Source of the DNA: Longimicrobiales bacterium
GTDB taxonomy: Bacteria > Gemmatimonadota > Gemmatimonadetes > Longimicrobiales > Gaopeijiaceae
DNA length: 64,000 nt
Assembly (NCBI GenBank): GCA_965204735.1
Contig: OZ242008.1
Location: 960,001-1,024,000, forward strand
Direction of reading: 5' to 3'
The notes under the pieces were generated by a model. The model worked only from the letters and a program-made list of their open reading frames with translations, was not told the origin of the DNA and made no database searches. The stretch's first letter is position 1. Every line of letters begins with the position of its first letter. Made by a program: the position numbers and the translations under genes. Positions 25,457 to 35,193 of the stretch are shown here, in pieces.

Positions 25457-28400
25457 TCAAGTTGGATGGGGCGGCCGGGTGCGGGTGGTCGCCGGAGGGC
25501 GCCGGGCGCGGGCCAGCACTTCGGCCACATGGTGGGCTCGGCGCCCGGCGAGGGCCTGGATCTGGGCGCGGCAGCTGAAGCCGTTCGCCACGATCACGTC
25601 GTCGGGCCCGGCGGCCCTGACGGCCGGCAGCAGGCCGAGCTCGCCCATCGCGCGGGAGACCCGCGTGTGCTCGGCCTCGTAGCCGAACGACCCGGCCATT
25701 CCGCAGCAGCTGGCCGAAATCGGCGCCGCGCGAAGGCCGGCCAGAGAGGAAAGGACCTGGACCGTGGCGGCCTCCGACCCGGCAGCCTTCTGGTGGCAGT
25801 GGCCGTGGACGTGGGCCACCGGCCGTTCGGCTCCCGCGACGGTTCCCGGGCCTCGGCGCTCCACCTGGCCCGGGTCGCTCCGACGTTCCGCGTCGCCGAT
25901 CCGGGACGCCAGGAACTCGTCCAGAAGCTGCGACCTGCGGGCCACCAGCCGAGCGTCGGGTCCCGCGACCAAGTCGGGCGCCTCGTCCCGCAACGTCAGC
26001 ACGCACGACGGCTCGAGTCCCACGATCGGCAGGCCCCTCTTGGCCATGGGCGCCAGCACGGCGACCGTTCGGCGCAGCTCGGCCCGGGCCTCGTCGAGAA
26101 AGCCGCCGCTGATGTAGGTGCGAGCGCAGCACAAGGGTCGCGAGGCGTTTGGGCCCACGACGCGCCGCTCCGGCGCCACCGCCTGGAACCCGGTCGCCCG
26201 CAGCGCCTGGACGCCTGCTCGAACGACCTTCGGGTCGAAGTAGCGGTTGAACGTGTCCACAAAGAAGACGACGGGGGCGGAAGCCCCTTCCGCAGACCCC
26301 GTCGCCGTTGCGGCCCCGACGTCCGCGAAGCTCCGATGCGCTCTTGTCGGAGAATCCGTCGATCCCATCTCCGAGTCCAGGAACGGCTTCCGACTCCACT
26401 CCGGCAGCTTGGCGTCGGCGGCGACCCCCAGCGCCCGCGCTCCGACCCACGCCATCGCCCGGCTCCGGTTCCGCGCGTTGGCCAGCCGAGGGGCCACCTT
26501 CGCTGCCCGGGACGCGATCGGCGCCCACCGGGGCAACGTCGCGAAGAGCTTGGCCCGCGCCTGCAGCCGCGCCGACGCATGGCCTCCGCCGGGCCGGCGC
26601 AACCCGAGGCGCGCCGACATGCCGTCGTTCGTTCGGCCCTGGCGCCGCAGATGCAGCACCTCCGCCTTCATCCGCGCCATGTCCACTCCCGCCGGGCACT
26701 CCCGCCGGCACGCCTTGCAGCCGACGCAGAGCGCCAGGGCCTTCGCCACCTCGTCGCCGTGCAGCCCGTCGGGCCCCAGCTGCCCGGTCATGGCGAGGCG
26801 CAGGATGTTTGCCCGGCCCCGGGTCGTGTCCACTTCCTCCTGGGTCGCTCGGTAGGAAGGGCACATCACCCCCGGGTCCGACTTTCGACAGGCGCCGTTG
26901 TTGTTGCAGAGCTCGACGGCCCGGTCGAATCCGCCGCTGGACGACCAGTCCATCGCCAGCGGCAGCCGCCGGGCCCGATAGCGGGGACCGTAGCGAAGGA
27001 GCGATCGGTCGTCCATGCGCCAGGGCGACGCGATCTTCCCCGGGTTCATCATGCCCGCCGGGTCGAAGGCCCGCTTGACGTCCTGGAACGCCGCCGCCAG
27101 CCGCTTGCCCAGCACGGGCTCGATGAATTCGGAGCGCAAGATGCCGTCGCCGTGCTCGCCCGAGTGGGAGCCGCCCAGCCGCCGCACCACCTCGTGCACT
27201 TCCTCGGCCACGGCCCGCAGCGTCGCCACTCCCGCCGCCTCCTTCACGTTCAGGGACGGTCGGACGTGGAGGCAACCGACGGAGGCGTGCGCGTACCATG
27301 TGCCGCTGGCGCCGTGGCGCGCGAAGACCTCTTCGACCGCGGCGGCGTACTCGCGGAGCCGTTCCAGCGGAACTGCGCAGTCCTCCACGACGGAGACGGG
27401 CTTCGCGTCCCCCTTGACCGACAAGACCACGCCCAGCGCGGCGCGCCGGACGCTCCACACGGCGTCCTGCCGCGCCGGGTCTTCCACTCGGGAGACGCCA
27501 CGCCCGGCGCCGAGCCCGCGCACCACCTCCTCCAGCCCGTCCAGGGCAGCCGACAGCGCCCGCGCCTCGTCCCCCGCGAACTCGACCAGCAAGATCGAGC
27601 GGGCGGACGCGGGCGCCACCGCCTCCACCGTGGGCCGGAACGCGGCGTTCCCCCGGGCCAGGCGGAGGGGCGCGTCGTCCAGCAGCTCCACCGCGTGGGG
27701 CGCCAGCTCGACGAGCGGGGGCACGGCGTCGAGTGCGTCGGCCAGCGAGGGGAACCAGCACACGCCCAGCACCCGGCGGGCGGGCACGGGCGAGAGCTTG
27801 AGCTTGAGCGAGCGGAAGAACGCCAGGGTGCCCTCCGACCCGACCAGCAGCTCGGCCATCGACGCCCCGGGGCGCAGGAGGCGGTGAAGGTTGTAGCCGG
27901 CCACGTGACGCATCACCTTGGGCACCCGCCGCTCCAGCTCGTCGGCCTCCCGCCGCGCGATTCGAAGGACTTCGGCGCAGAGGTCGGCCGAGGGGTCGGC
28001 CGCCGTCGGACCGCGCCCCGCGAGGGCGGGGACGGGGCCGGCCGCTCTTCCTTGGGCCGTGGGCGCTTGCGCCGGCCCGAAGATGGCCACCCGACCGTCG
28101 GGCAGGGTGGCCTCCACCTCCAGCACGTTGTCGGCCATGATCCCGTAGCGGATCGAGCGCGCGCCGCCGCTGTTGTTGCCCGCCATGCCGCCCAGCGTGG
28201 CGCGGCTGGCCGTGGCCACGTCCACCGGGAAGGAGAGGCCGCTCGGCGCCAGCTGTCGGTTCAGGTGGTCCAGCACCAGCCCGGGCTCCACCGTGGCCGT
28301 GCGGGCGTCGGCGTCCACCTCCAGCACGCGCCGCAGGTGGCGCGAGGCGTCCACCACGACGGCGCGCCCCACCGTCTGCCCGCACTGGGACGTTCCCGCT

Positions 28401-28615
28401 CCCCGGGGCAGCACCGCCGCGCCCTCCTCGCGCGCCACGGCGATCGTCGCGTCCACGTCGTCCAGCGAGCGGGGCAGCACCACCCCCAGCGGCTCGACCT
28501 GGTAGATCGACGCGTCGGTCGCGTAGAGCCCCCGCGTCAGGGCGTCGAAGCGCACGTCGCCCGCCACGTGCTCGCGCAGGCGCGCGGCCAAGTGGTCAGT
28601 GCTTGTTCGGGCCAC
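25457..28615 (-). CDS. FAD-linked oxidase plus 4Fe-4S/CCG domain fusion (2-hydroxyacid dehydrogenase-like, GlcD/GlcF type)
   Basis: PRGAGTS, GSEGTL, SGEHGDG, CNNNGAC, CVGCKACRRECP and CCGMAGSFG motifs. Confidence 0.9.
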   Translation of the reverse strand: MARTSTDHLAARLREHVAGDVRFDALTRGLYATDASIYQVEPLGVVLPRSLDDVDATIAVAREEGAAVLPRGAGTSQCGQTVGRAVVVDASRHLRRVLEVDADARTATVEPGLVLDHLNRQLAPSGLSFPVDVATASRATLGGMAGNNSGGARSIRYGIMADNVLEVEATLPDGRVAIFGPAQAPTAQGRAAGPVPALAGRGPTAADPSADLCAEVLRIARREADELERRVPKVMRHVAGYNLHRLLRPGASMAELLVGSEGTLAFFRSLKLKLSPVPARRVLGVCWFPSLADALDAVPPLVELAPHAVELLDDAPLRLARGNAAFRPTVEAVAPASARSILLVEFAGDEARALSAALDGLEEVVRGLGAGRGVSRVEDPARQDAVWSVRRAALGVVLSVKGDAKPVSVVEDCAVPLERLREYAAAVEEVFARHGASGTWYAHASVGCLHVRPSLNVKEAAGVATLRAVAEEVHEVVRRLGGSHSGEHGDGILRSEFIEPVLGKRLAAAFQDVKRAFDPAGMMNPGKIASPWRMDDRSLLRYGPRYRARRLPLAMDWSSSGGFDRAVELCNNNGACRKSDPGVMCPSYRATQEEVDTTRGRANILRLAMTGQLGPDGLHGDEVAKALALCVGCKACRRECPAGVDMARMKAEVLHLRRQGRTNDGMSARLGLRRPGGGHASARLQARAKLFATLPRWAPIASRAAKVAPRLANARNRSRAMAWVGARALGVAADAKLPEWSRKPFLDSEMGSTDSPTRAHRSFADVGAATATGSAEGASAPVVFFVDTFNRYFDPKVVRAGVQALRATGFQAVAPERRVVGPNASRPLCCARTYISGGFLDEARAELRRTVAVLAPMAKRGLPIVGLEPSCVLTLRDEAPDLVAGPDARLVARRSQLLDEFLASRIGDAERRSDPGQVERRGPGTVAGAERPVAHVHGHCHQKAAGSEAATVQVLSSLAGLRAAPISASCCGMAGSFGYEAEHTRVSRAMGELGLLPAVRAAGPDDVIVANGFSCRAQIQALAGRRAHHVAEVLARARRPPATTRTRPPHPT

Positions 28616-28627
28616 TAGATTTGCGCC

Positions 28628-28671
28628 GTCCTGGAACCTTGCACGCGGTCCGGCAACCTGTCCTGGAACCT
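28628..28671. promoter_or_regulatory. Three 12-bp direct repeats in a divergent promoter (putative regulator sites)
   Basis: GTCCTGGAACCT at 28628 and 28660, GTCCGGCAACCT at 28648. Confidence 0.35.
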
Positions 28672-28692
28672 GTGGTGGAGGAACGCATCAGA

Positions 28693-29772
28693 GTGGTGCG
28701 CAGCACGAGTGTGCGCCAGCAGGGAGCGACGGGCCGGCGGCCGCGGGGCCGAGTTCGCCGTCGCGCCGTTCTGCGTCGCACGACGCCGCAGAGCCTTCTT
28801 GCGCTGGCGGCCGCGACGGCGGCGACCGTCTGCGGGGGCGCTCCGGACGGCCCCATCGAGCTCAAGTTCGGCCATGTGGGCGAGCCGGGGTCGCTCTTCG
28901 CGCTCTCTGCCGAGGAGTTCGCGAAGCGAGCCAACGCCCGGCTGGCCGAGATCGGGGTCGAGGCCGAAGTGCTGGTCTTCGGGTCGAGCCAGCTGGGCGG
29001 AGACCAGGACCTGCTCGCCAAGCTCCCGTTCGGCACCGTGGACTTCGCGTTGCCGTCGTCGATCATGTCGACTCGGATCGACGAGTTCGGCCTCTTCGAG
29101 ATGCCCTACGTCGTCGAGGACCGGGAGCACATGCGGCGGATCGAAGAGGAGATCTTCTGGTCCGACCTGGCGCCCCTGGCGGAAGAGCAGGGACTCAAGA
29201 TCGTCGCGGTGTGGGAGAACGGCTTCCGGCACGTCACCAACCGCGCCCGCCCGATCGTCGTGCCGGCCGACCTGGAGGGGATCAAGCTGCGGACGCCGAT
29301 GGGCAAGTGGCGGCTGAGGCTCTTCCAGCGCTTCGGCGCGAACCCTTCGGCGATGGCGTTGTCGGAGGTGTTCATGGCGCTGCGGACGGGGAACATGGAC
29401 GGCCAGGAGAACCCGCTTGCCCAGATTTACGCATCCAACTTCCATCGGGTGCAGCCGTTCCTCTCTCTTACGGAACACGTCTACACGCCGGCGTACTTGA
29501 CCGTCTCCTCCCGTCGCTGGGACCGGCTTCCGGGGACGGTGCGGGCCGTCCTCGAGGAGGAGGCGAAGGCCGTTCAGGCGTTCGTGCACGAGACCGCCGA
29601 GCGGATGGACCGGGAGCTGCTGGACGAGATCAGCGAGGCGGGAGTCGCCGTCAACGAGGTGGACCGTTCGGCGTTCCTCGAGGGCAGCCGGGCGATCTAC
29701 GACGAGTTCGGCGCCGAGGTGGAGGCCGGCCGGGGCTTGATCGAAAGAGCGCGGCCGTTGGCGTTCCGGTAG
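28693..29772 (+). CDS. dctP: TRAP transporter substrate-binding protein
   Basis: WENGFRHVTN, DLEGIKLRTP and DGQENP motifs. Start uncertain (GTG 28693 after GGAGGA). Confidence 0.88.
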   Translation: MVRSTSVRQQGATGRRPRGRVRRRAVLRRTTPQSLLALAAATAATVCGGAPDGPIELKFGHVGEPGSLFALSAEEFAKRANARLAEIGVEAEVLVFGSSQLGGDQDLLAKLPFGTVDFALPSSIMSTRIDEFGLFEMPYVVEDREHMRRIEEEIFWSDLAPLAEEQGLKIVAVWENGFRHVTNRARPIVVPADLEGIKLRTPMGKWRLRLFQRFGANPSAMALSEVFMALRTGNMDGQENPLAQIYASNFHRVQPFLSLTEHVYTPAYLTVSSRRWDRLPGTVRAVLEEEAKAVQAFVHETAERMDRELLDEISEAGVAVNEVDRSAFLEGSRAIYDEFGAEVEAGRGLIERARPLAFR

Positions 29773-29774
29773 CC

Positions 29775-30353
29775 GTGCGGCCGAGCGACGGGCCAGCGCT
29801 CTCTCGGCTCCGCAGGCTGTTGGAGAGAAGCCTGGAAGCGGCGGTGGCCGCCTTGGTGGCCGCCCTGGCGCTGGTGGTGATCGTCGGCGTCTCCTTCCGC
29901 CAAGCGGGAGCGGCTCTGCCGTGGTACGACGAGGTGGCGTCGGTCCTCCTGGCCTGGCTGACCTACTACGGCGCCGCGCTGGCCGCCTTGCGAAGAGGCC
30001 ACGTCGGCGTCCCGACGCTGGTCGAGCGAATGCGTCCGGCCCTCCGCATGTGGGCCGTCGCGGCGGCGGAGGCGGCGGTGCTGCTCTTCTTCGCCGTGCT
30101 GGCCTGGGCCGGATGGCAGGTCCAGGGCGCGCTGGCGGGCACGGCCATGGTCAGCCTTCCCAGCGTTCCCGCCGCAGTGGCGCGGTCGGCGGTCCCGATC
30201 GGCGCCGTTCTCTTCGTCGTCGCCCAGCTGGCGAGCCTGCCGCAAGCGCTCGGCGCCGTCCGAACGTCCGCGAAGGGCGCCCCTGCCGACCCGCCGCCGG
30301 CCCCCGGGCGCCCCGCATCCCGCCCGCCCGCCCCCGGCAGGGGCTGCCCATGA
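29775..30353 (+). CDS. dctQ: TRAP transporter small permease
   Basis: WYDEVASVLLAWLTYYGAALA...HVGV, four hydrophobic segments, lies between dctP and dctM. Confidence 0.85.
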   Translation: MRPSDGPALSRLRRLLERSLEAAVAALVAALALVVIVGVSFRQAGAALPWYDEVASVLLAWLTYYGAALAALRRGHVGVPTLVERMRPALRMWAVAAAEAAVLLFFAVLAWAGWQVQGALAGTAMVSLPSVPAAVARSAVPIGAVLFVVAQLASLPQALGAVRTSAKGAPADPPPAPGRPASRPPAPGRGCP

Positions 30354-31630
30354 CCCTGGCCTTGGTGGGCGTCTTCCTGCTGCTGGTCCTGATCAACGTG
30401 CCCATCGCGGTGGCGCTGGGGTTGATGGCGGTGGTCGGGATCGTCGCTTCCGGCGGCGTGGACGCCTTGCCCAACGTGGGGATCGTGATGTTCTCGGGCG
30501 CCACCAAGTTCCCGCTGATCGCGATTCCGCTCTTCGTCCTGGCGGGCGCGATCATGAACGTCTCGGGGATATCGCAGCGGCTGGTGGCGCTCGCCTCGGC
30601 GGTGGTGGGCTTCGTCCGCGGCGGATTGGCGATGGTGAGCATCTCCGCCTCAATGTTCTTCGCCGAGATATCGGGCAGCGCGGTGGCCGACGTGGCCGCC
30701 TTGGGCTCGATCCTCGTTCCGGCCATGCGCAAGAAGGGGTACTCCCGCAACTTCGCCGCCGCGGTCACCTCGTCGTCGGGGACGCTGGCGGTGATCATAC
30801 CGCCGTCGATCCCGATGATCCTCTACGCGGCCATGTCCAGCAGCTCCGTGGTCGAGCTCTTCGTGGCCGGGATCGTGCCCGGAGTCGCGGGCGGCCTCCT
30901 CATGATGTTCGTGGCCTACCTGTGGGCGCGCCGCGCCGGGCTGCCCGCCGAGGACGCGTTCCAGCTGCGTCGCGTGTGGCGGACGTTTCGCGGGGCGGGC
31001 TGGTCGCTCCTGCTGCCGGTCGTGATCCTGGGGGGAATCATGGGAGGGTGGGTCACCGCCACCGAGGGCGCGGGGCTGGCGGTGGCGGCCGCCCTCTTCG
31101 TGGGGGGCGTGGTCTACCGGGAGCTGGATTGGGCCGGGCTCCGGCAGGCGGTTCTGGACAGCGGCGTCCAGACCGCGGTGGTGATGCTGCTGGTGGCCGC
31201 GTCGGCGCTGCTGGGCGACTACCTGACGGAGGCGCGCATACCCCAGCAGGTGGCCGGCGCGATCATGGGGCTCACCGAGTCCAAGGTGGCCGTCTTGGCG
31301 CTGCTGAACGTCTTCCTGCTGGCGGCCGGCCTCTTCCTGCACTCGGCGGCGGCGATCATTCTGGTCGTGCCGATCGTCATGCCCTTGGTCCAAGCGGCGG
31401 GGATCGATCCGGTGCACTTCGGCCTGGTGGTGACGCTGAACCTGGGAATCGGCCAGCAGACGCCGCCGGTGGCTTCCGTGCTGGTCACGGCGTGCTCGGT
31501 GGCGAAGGCGGAGATCTGGGGGGTCACCAAGGCCAACCTGCCCTTCGTGGCCGTGCTGGTGGCGGTTCTTCTCCTGGTGACCTACGCGCCCGCCGTGCCG
31601 ATGGCGCTGGTGGAGGCGCTGTACCGATGA
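30350..31630 (+). CDS. dctM: TRAP transporter large permease
   Basis: AIPLFVLAG, SGSAVAD, IIPPSIPMI, TATEG and GIDPVHFG motifs. Confidence 0.92.
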   Translation: MTLALVGVFLLLVLINVPIAVALGLMAVVGIVASGGVDALPNVGIVMFSGATKFPLIAIPLFVLAGAIMNVSGISQRLVALASAVVGFVRGGLAMVSISASMFFAEISGSAVADVAALGSILVPAMRKKGYSRNFAAAVTSSSGTLAVIIPPSIPMILYAAMSSSSVVELFVAGIVPGVAGGLLMMFVAYLWARRAGLPAEDAFQLRRVWRTFRGAGWSLLLPVVILGGIMGGWVTATEGAGLAVAAALFVGGVVYRELDWAGLRQAVLDSGVQTAVVMLLVAASALLGDYLTEARIPQQVAGAIMGLTESKVAVLALLNVFLLAAGLFLHSAAAIILVVPIVMPLVQAAGIDPVHFGLVVTLNLGIGQQTPPVASVLVTACSVAKAEIWGVTKANLPFVAVLVAVLLLVTYAPAVPMALVEALYR

Positions 31631-32523
31631 GCGCCGGCGCCGGGCGCGGCGAGCAGGCGGGGACCGTCGGAGGCGCGGCGGCCGGTCTCGGACGGGCGGC
31701 GAGCGCCGGCGAGACGGTGGACGGCGTGGCCGTCGGGCGCGAGGACGGAATCGCCGTCGTGACGCTGGACCGTCCAGCCAAGATGAACGTGCTGGACCGG
31801 GACGGCTGGGAGCGTCTGGGCCGGGTGTTCGAAGGGCTCTCGGCCGACGGGTCCCTGCGCTGCGTGGTGGTGCGGGGCGCAGGGCGGCGGGCGTTTTCGG
31901 CCGGGTCCGACATCGGCTCCTTCGAGACCCAGCGGGACACGCGGGAGCAGGTGAGGCGCTACGCCGCCTCGGTGCGCCGGGGGACCGAGGGCGTCTGGGC
32001 GTGCGCCCATCCGGTGGTGGCGGCGGTGGAGGGAGTGTGCGCGGGCGGTGGAGTGGCGGTGGCCGCGGCCTGCGACGTGAGGGTGTGCGGCGAGTCCAGC
32101 CGCTTCGGCGTTCCGGTTGCCCGCCTGGGGCTGACCATGTCCTACGACGAAATGGCGCCGGCGCTGGCGGCGATGGGTCCCGGGCCGCTGCTGGAGGTGC
32201 TGCTTTCGGGCGACTTGATGAGTGCGCAGCGGGCCCGGGAGATCGGACTGGCAAGCAGGATCGTCCCCGACGGGACAGCGGCGCGCGAGGCGATGCGCCT
32301 TGCCCGCCAGATCGCCGCGGGCGCGCCGCTCGTCCACCGCTGGCACAAGAAGTTCGTTCGGCGCGCCGCCCTCGGGACGCCGGTGTCGAAGGAAGAGCGG
32401 GAGGAGACCTACGAAGCCTTTCGGACCGACGACTACCGGGAGGGGCGGGCGGCTTTCCTGGCAAAGCGGGCGCCGCGCTTCACGGGCGAGCCGGCGGGTG
32501 GGCGGGCGGGGGCGGATCGGTGA
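31627..32523 (+). CDS. Enoyl-CoA hydratase/isomerase family protein
   Basis: LDRPAKMN, AFSAGSD, VEGVCAGGG and DYREGRAAFLAKR motifs. Confidence 0.9.
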   Translation: MSAGAGRGEQAGTVGGAAAGLGRAASAGETVDGVAVGREDGIAVVTLDRPAKMNVLDRDGWERLGRVFEGLSADGSLRCVVVRGAGRRAFSAGSDIGSFETQRDTREQVRRYAASVRRGTEGVWACAHPVVAAVEGVCAGGGVAVAAACDVRVCGESSRFGVPVARLGLTMSYDEMAPALAAMGPGPLLEVLLSGDLMSAQRAREIGLASRIVPDGTAAREAMRLARQIAAGAPLVHRWHKKFVRRAALGTPVSKEEREETYEAFRTDDYREGRAAFLAKRAPRFTGEPAGGRAGADR

Positions 32524-33731
32524 GGCGGGCAGCGGAGTCGGCAGGCGCCGGAGCTCTCGCAGGCGTGCGGGTCGTGGAGCTGGCGCACGTCATGGCGGGT
32601 CCGGTGTGCGGGCGCATGCTGGCCGACATGGGCGCCGACGTGGCGAAGGTGGAGCCGCCGGTCGGGGGAGACCCGACCCGCGCCTTCGAGCCCAAGGTGG
32701 CGGGGGGCGAGTCCGCGGCGTTCGCGATGCTGAACCGGAACAAGCGCGGAGTGGCCCTCGACCTCAAGTCGTCCGAAGGCCTGGACGCGGCGAAGAGGAT
32801 GCTCGCCCGCTGCGACGTGGTGATCGAGAACTTCCGACCGGGCGTCATGGAAGGGCTGGGCCTGGGCTGGGAGTCGCTTCGAGAGGCGAACCCGGGACTG
32901 GTGTACTGCCAGATCACCGGCTTCGGCCGCACGGGGCCGCTGGCGGAGCGTCGCGGCTTCGACCTGGTGGCCCAAGGGATGACGGGCTTGCTGGGGATCA
33001 CGGGCGAGGGGCCCGGCCGGCCTCCCGTCAAGTGCGGTCCCCCCGTCACCGACATCACGGCGGGAGTTCTGGGCGCCCTGGGGGTCGTGGCGGCGCTTCA
33101 CGCCCGCACCAGAACCGGCGAAGGGCAGCGCGTGGACACGTCCCTCTACGAGGCCGGGATCGTCCAGACCTTCTGGCAGTCGGCCGTGGCGCTGGCGACC
33201 GGCGAGTCGCCCGGCCCGCTGGGCACGGCCCACCCCCTGGCCGCGCCTTACGAGGCTCTTCCCACGGCCGACGGATGGATCACGGTCGGCGGCTGGAACC
33301 AGGTGAACTGGCTGCGCCTGGTGACCGCGATGGACGTCGCCGAACTGGCCGGCGACCCTCGTTTCGAGACCAACTCGGCCCGCATGGCGAACATCCACGC
33401 CCTCCGCCGCGCCCTCTCGGAGAGGCTGCGGACGGCGGGCACCGACGAGTGGCTCCGGAAGCTGGAGGAGGCGGCAGTTCCCGCCGGCCCCGTGTCCTCG
33501 ATCGGCGAAATGCTGGCGCACCCCCAGACGGCGGCTCGGGAGATGGTGGTGGAGCCGAAGACGGGCCTGTCGGCCAGGAGCCTGGGAATGCCGGTGAAGA
33601 TGTCGGGCACGCCTGTAGCCGTGTCCCGCGGGGCGCCCGCTCTGGGAGAGCACACGGCCGAAGTGCTGCGCGAGTACGGCTTTGCCGACGAGGAAGCCGC
33701 TCGACTGTCCCGAACGGACGCCACGGCGTAG
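32520..33731 (+). CDS. CaiB/BaiF family III CoA-transferase
   Basis: LADMGADVAKVE, NRNKRG, ENFRPG, GFDLVAQG and APALGEHT motifs. Confidence 0.92.
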   Translation: MRRAAESAGAGALAGVRVVELAHVMAGPVCGRMLADMGADVAKVEPPVGGDPTRAFEPKVAGGESAAFAMLNRNKRGVALDLKSSEGLDAAKRMLARCDVVIENFRPGVMEGLGLGWESLREANPGLVYCQITGFGRTGPLAERRGFDLVAQGMTGLLGITGEGPGRPPVKCGPPVTDITAGVLGALGVVAALHARTRTGEGQRVDTSLYEAGIVQTFWQSAVALATGESPGPLGTAHPLAAPYEALPTADGWITVGGWNQVNWLRLVTAMDVAELAGDPRFETNSARMANIHALRRALSERLRTAGTDEWLRKLEEAAVPAGPVSSIGEMLAHPQTAAREMVVEPKTGLSARSLGMPVKMSGTPVAVSRGAPALGEHTAEVLREYGFADEEAARLSRTDATA

Positions 33732-33732
33732 A

Positions 33733-35172
33733 ATGCTGCCGAGCGAGCAACCCGTCCAACTGGGCCGCGAGGCAGTCGTGCTGCAACCGCCCATGCCCAA
33801 CCCGATCGGCCCGGCCTCCCCGACGCAGCCTGCGGGCGCACCGGGCCGGAGCCAGGCGGATCGGCCTGCGGCAGCGCCGGGCCAGGACACGGCCGCGCAG
33901 GACACGGCCGCGCAGGCGCAAGAAGCCCCGCCACCGCAAGCCGCGCCGGGGGACGGAGCAGCCGTGCCGGGCGCCGGAGCGCCGGCCGAAGCAGCGCCGG
34001 GCCAGGAGACGCCGCCGGCAGGCGAGGAGGCCGCCGCCGAGTTCTCCTTCACGTGGGACGGGATCACGGAGTGGGCGACCGGGCTGATCGCCGATCTGGG
34101 CGTGCACGTGTTGTTTACCCTGGGCATCGTCCTTGCGGCTTGGCTGGCCATGTGGGTTGCCAAGTGGGTGGTGCAGCGGGTCGAGAAGAAGTTCGTCAAG
34201 CGCACGCCGACCGAGCTCGACGACTACATCTTCGTCTTCGTGCATCGCGCGGTGCGGATGACGATCGTCGTCGCGGCGCTCCTGGAGATCTGCCGCCTGT
34301 GGTCCCTCGAGGAGCCGGAGAAGTGGATCGAGTCCGCCTGGATGCTGATGCTCTTCCTGCTGGGCAGCCGCTTGGTGGGCGCCCTCCTGCGCATGACCGA
34401 GACTCCGCTGCTGGGGCGCAACCCGAACTTGGTGACGGCCCTGCCGCTCATCAATCGGGGCGTGCGCATCGGCGTCATCGTGCTCGGCGCGCTCTTCGCA
34501 CTGGCCCACGCCGGGCTGAACATCGCGCCCCTGCTGGGCGGCGCCGGGGTCATGGGGCTGGCCCTCTCGCTCGCGGCAAAGGACACGCTGTCGAACCTGA
34601 TCGCAGGCGTGCTGCTGACGATCGACCGGCCGTTCCAGGTAGGCGACCGAATCGAGCTGTGGAGCGCGCCGAGAGAGACCGGCACGTGGGGCGACGTGAT
34701 CGACATCGGCCTGCGGGCCACCAAGATCCGGAACCCGGACAACTTGGTGGTGGTGGTGCCCAACAACGAGATCATGCAGCGGGACATCATCAACTACACC
34801 ATGTCCGGCGACGACATCCGCCTGCGGCTCCCGTTCTCGGTGGCCTACGAGAGCGACGTGCAGCGGGCCAAGGACGTGCTCGTGCGGGTCGCGCTGGAGG
34901 TGAACAACGTGAGGGCGGAGCCGGCGCCGTTCGTGATCGTGCGCGGCTTCGGGCCGTCGGAGGTCAACCTTCAGCTGCGGGTCTGGATATCCGACGCCCG
35001 GGCCCGGCGCCGGATCGGGGACGAGATCACCGAGCGGGCGCTGGTAGCCTTCGAAGCCGAAGGGCTGGAGATTCCCTACCCGAAGCGGGAGCTGTACATC
35101 CGCCAGGGACCCGCGTTGCTGCCGCCGTCGTCGCCGTCGCCGTCGCCGCCGTCGTCGCCGCCGCAGGAGTGA
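33733..35172 (+). CDS. mscS: MscS-family mechanosensitive channel with low-complexity termini
   Basis: LAAKDTLSNLIAG, RPFQVGDRI, IGLRATKIR, VPNN and EIPYP motifs. Confidence 0.88.
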   Translation: MLPSEQPVQLGREAVVLQPPMPNPIGPASPTQPAGAPGRSQADRPAAAPGQDTAAQDTAAQAQEAPPPQAAPGDGAAVPGAGAPAEAAPGQETPPAGEEAAAEFSFTWDGITEWATGLIADLGVHVLFTLGIVLAAWLAMWVAKWVVQRVEKKFVKRTPTELDDYIFVFVHRAVRMTIVVAALLEICRLWSLEEPEKWIESAWMLMLFLLGSRLVGALLRMTETPLLGRNPNLVTALPLINRGVRIGVIVLGALFALAHAGLNIAPLLGGAGVMGLALSLAAKDTLSNLIAGVLLTIDRPFQVGDRIELWSAPRETGTWGDVIDIGLRATKIRNPDNLVVVVPNNEIMQRDIINYTMSGDDIRLRLPFSVAYESDVQRAKDVLVRVALEVNNVRAEPAPFVIVRGFGPSEVNLQLRVWISDARARRRIGDEITERALVAFEAEGLEIPYPKRELYIRQGPALLPPSSPSPSPPSSPPQE

Positions 35173-35193
35173 CGCGGCCCGCGCCCATCGGTC

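Noticed and set aside
24137..28618. Very long alternative-frame ORFs (for example 1493 aa, 1389 aa, and 1284 aa at 5517-9371)
   Set aside because: These are shadow ORFs of real genes, caused by stop-codon scarcity at high GC. They are Arg/Gly/Pro-rich and lack motifs.
28629..28643. Sigma-54 promoter (TGGAAC...TTGC)
   Set aside because: The spacing between the GG and GC elements is too short for -24/-12.
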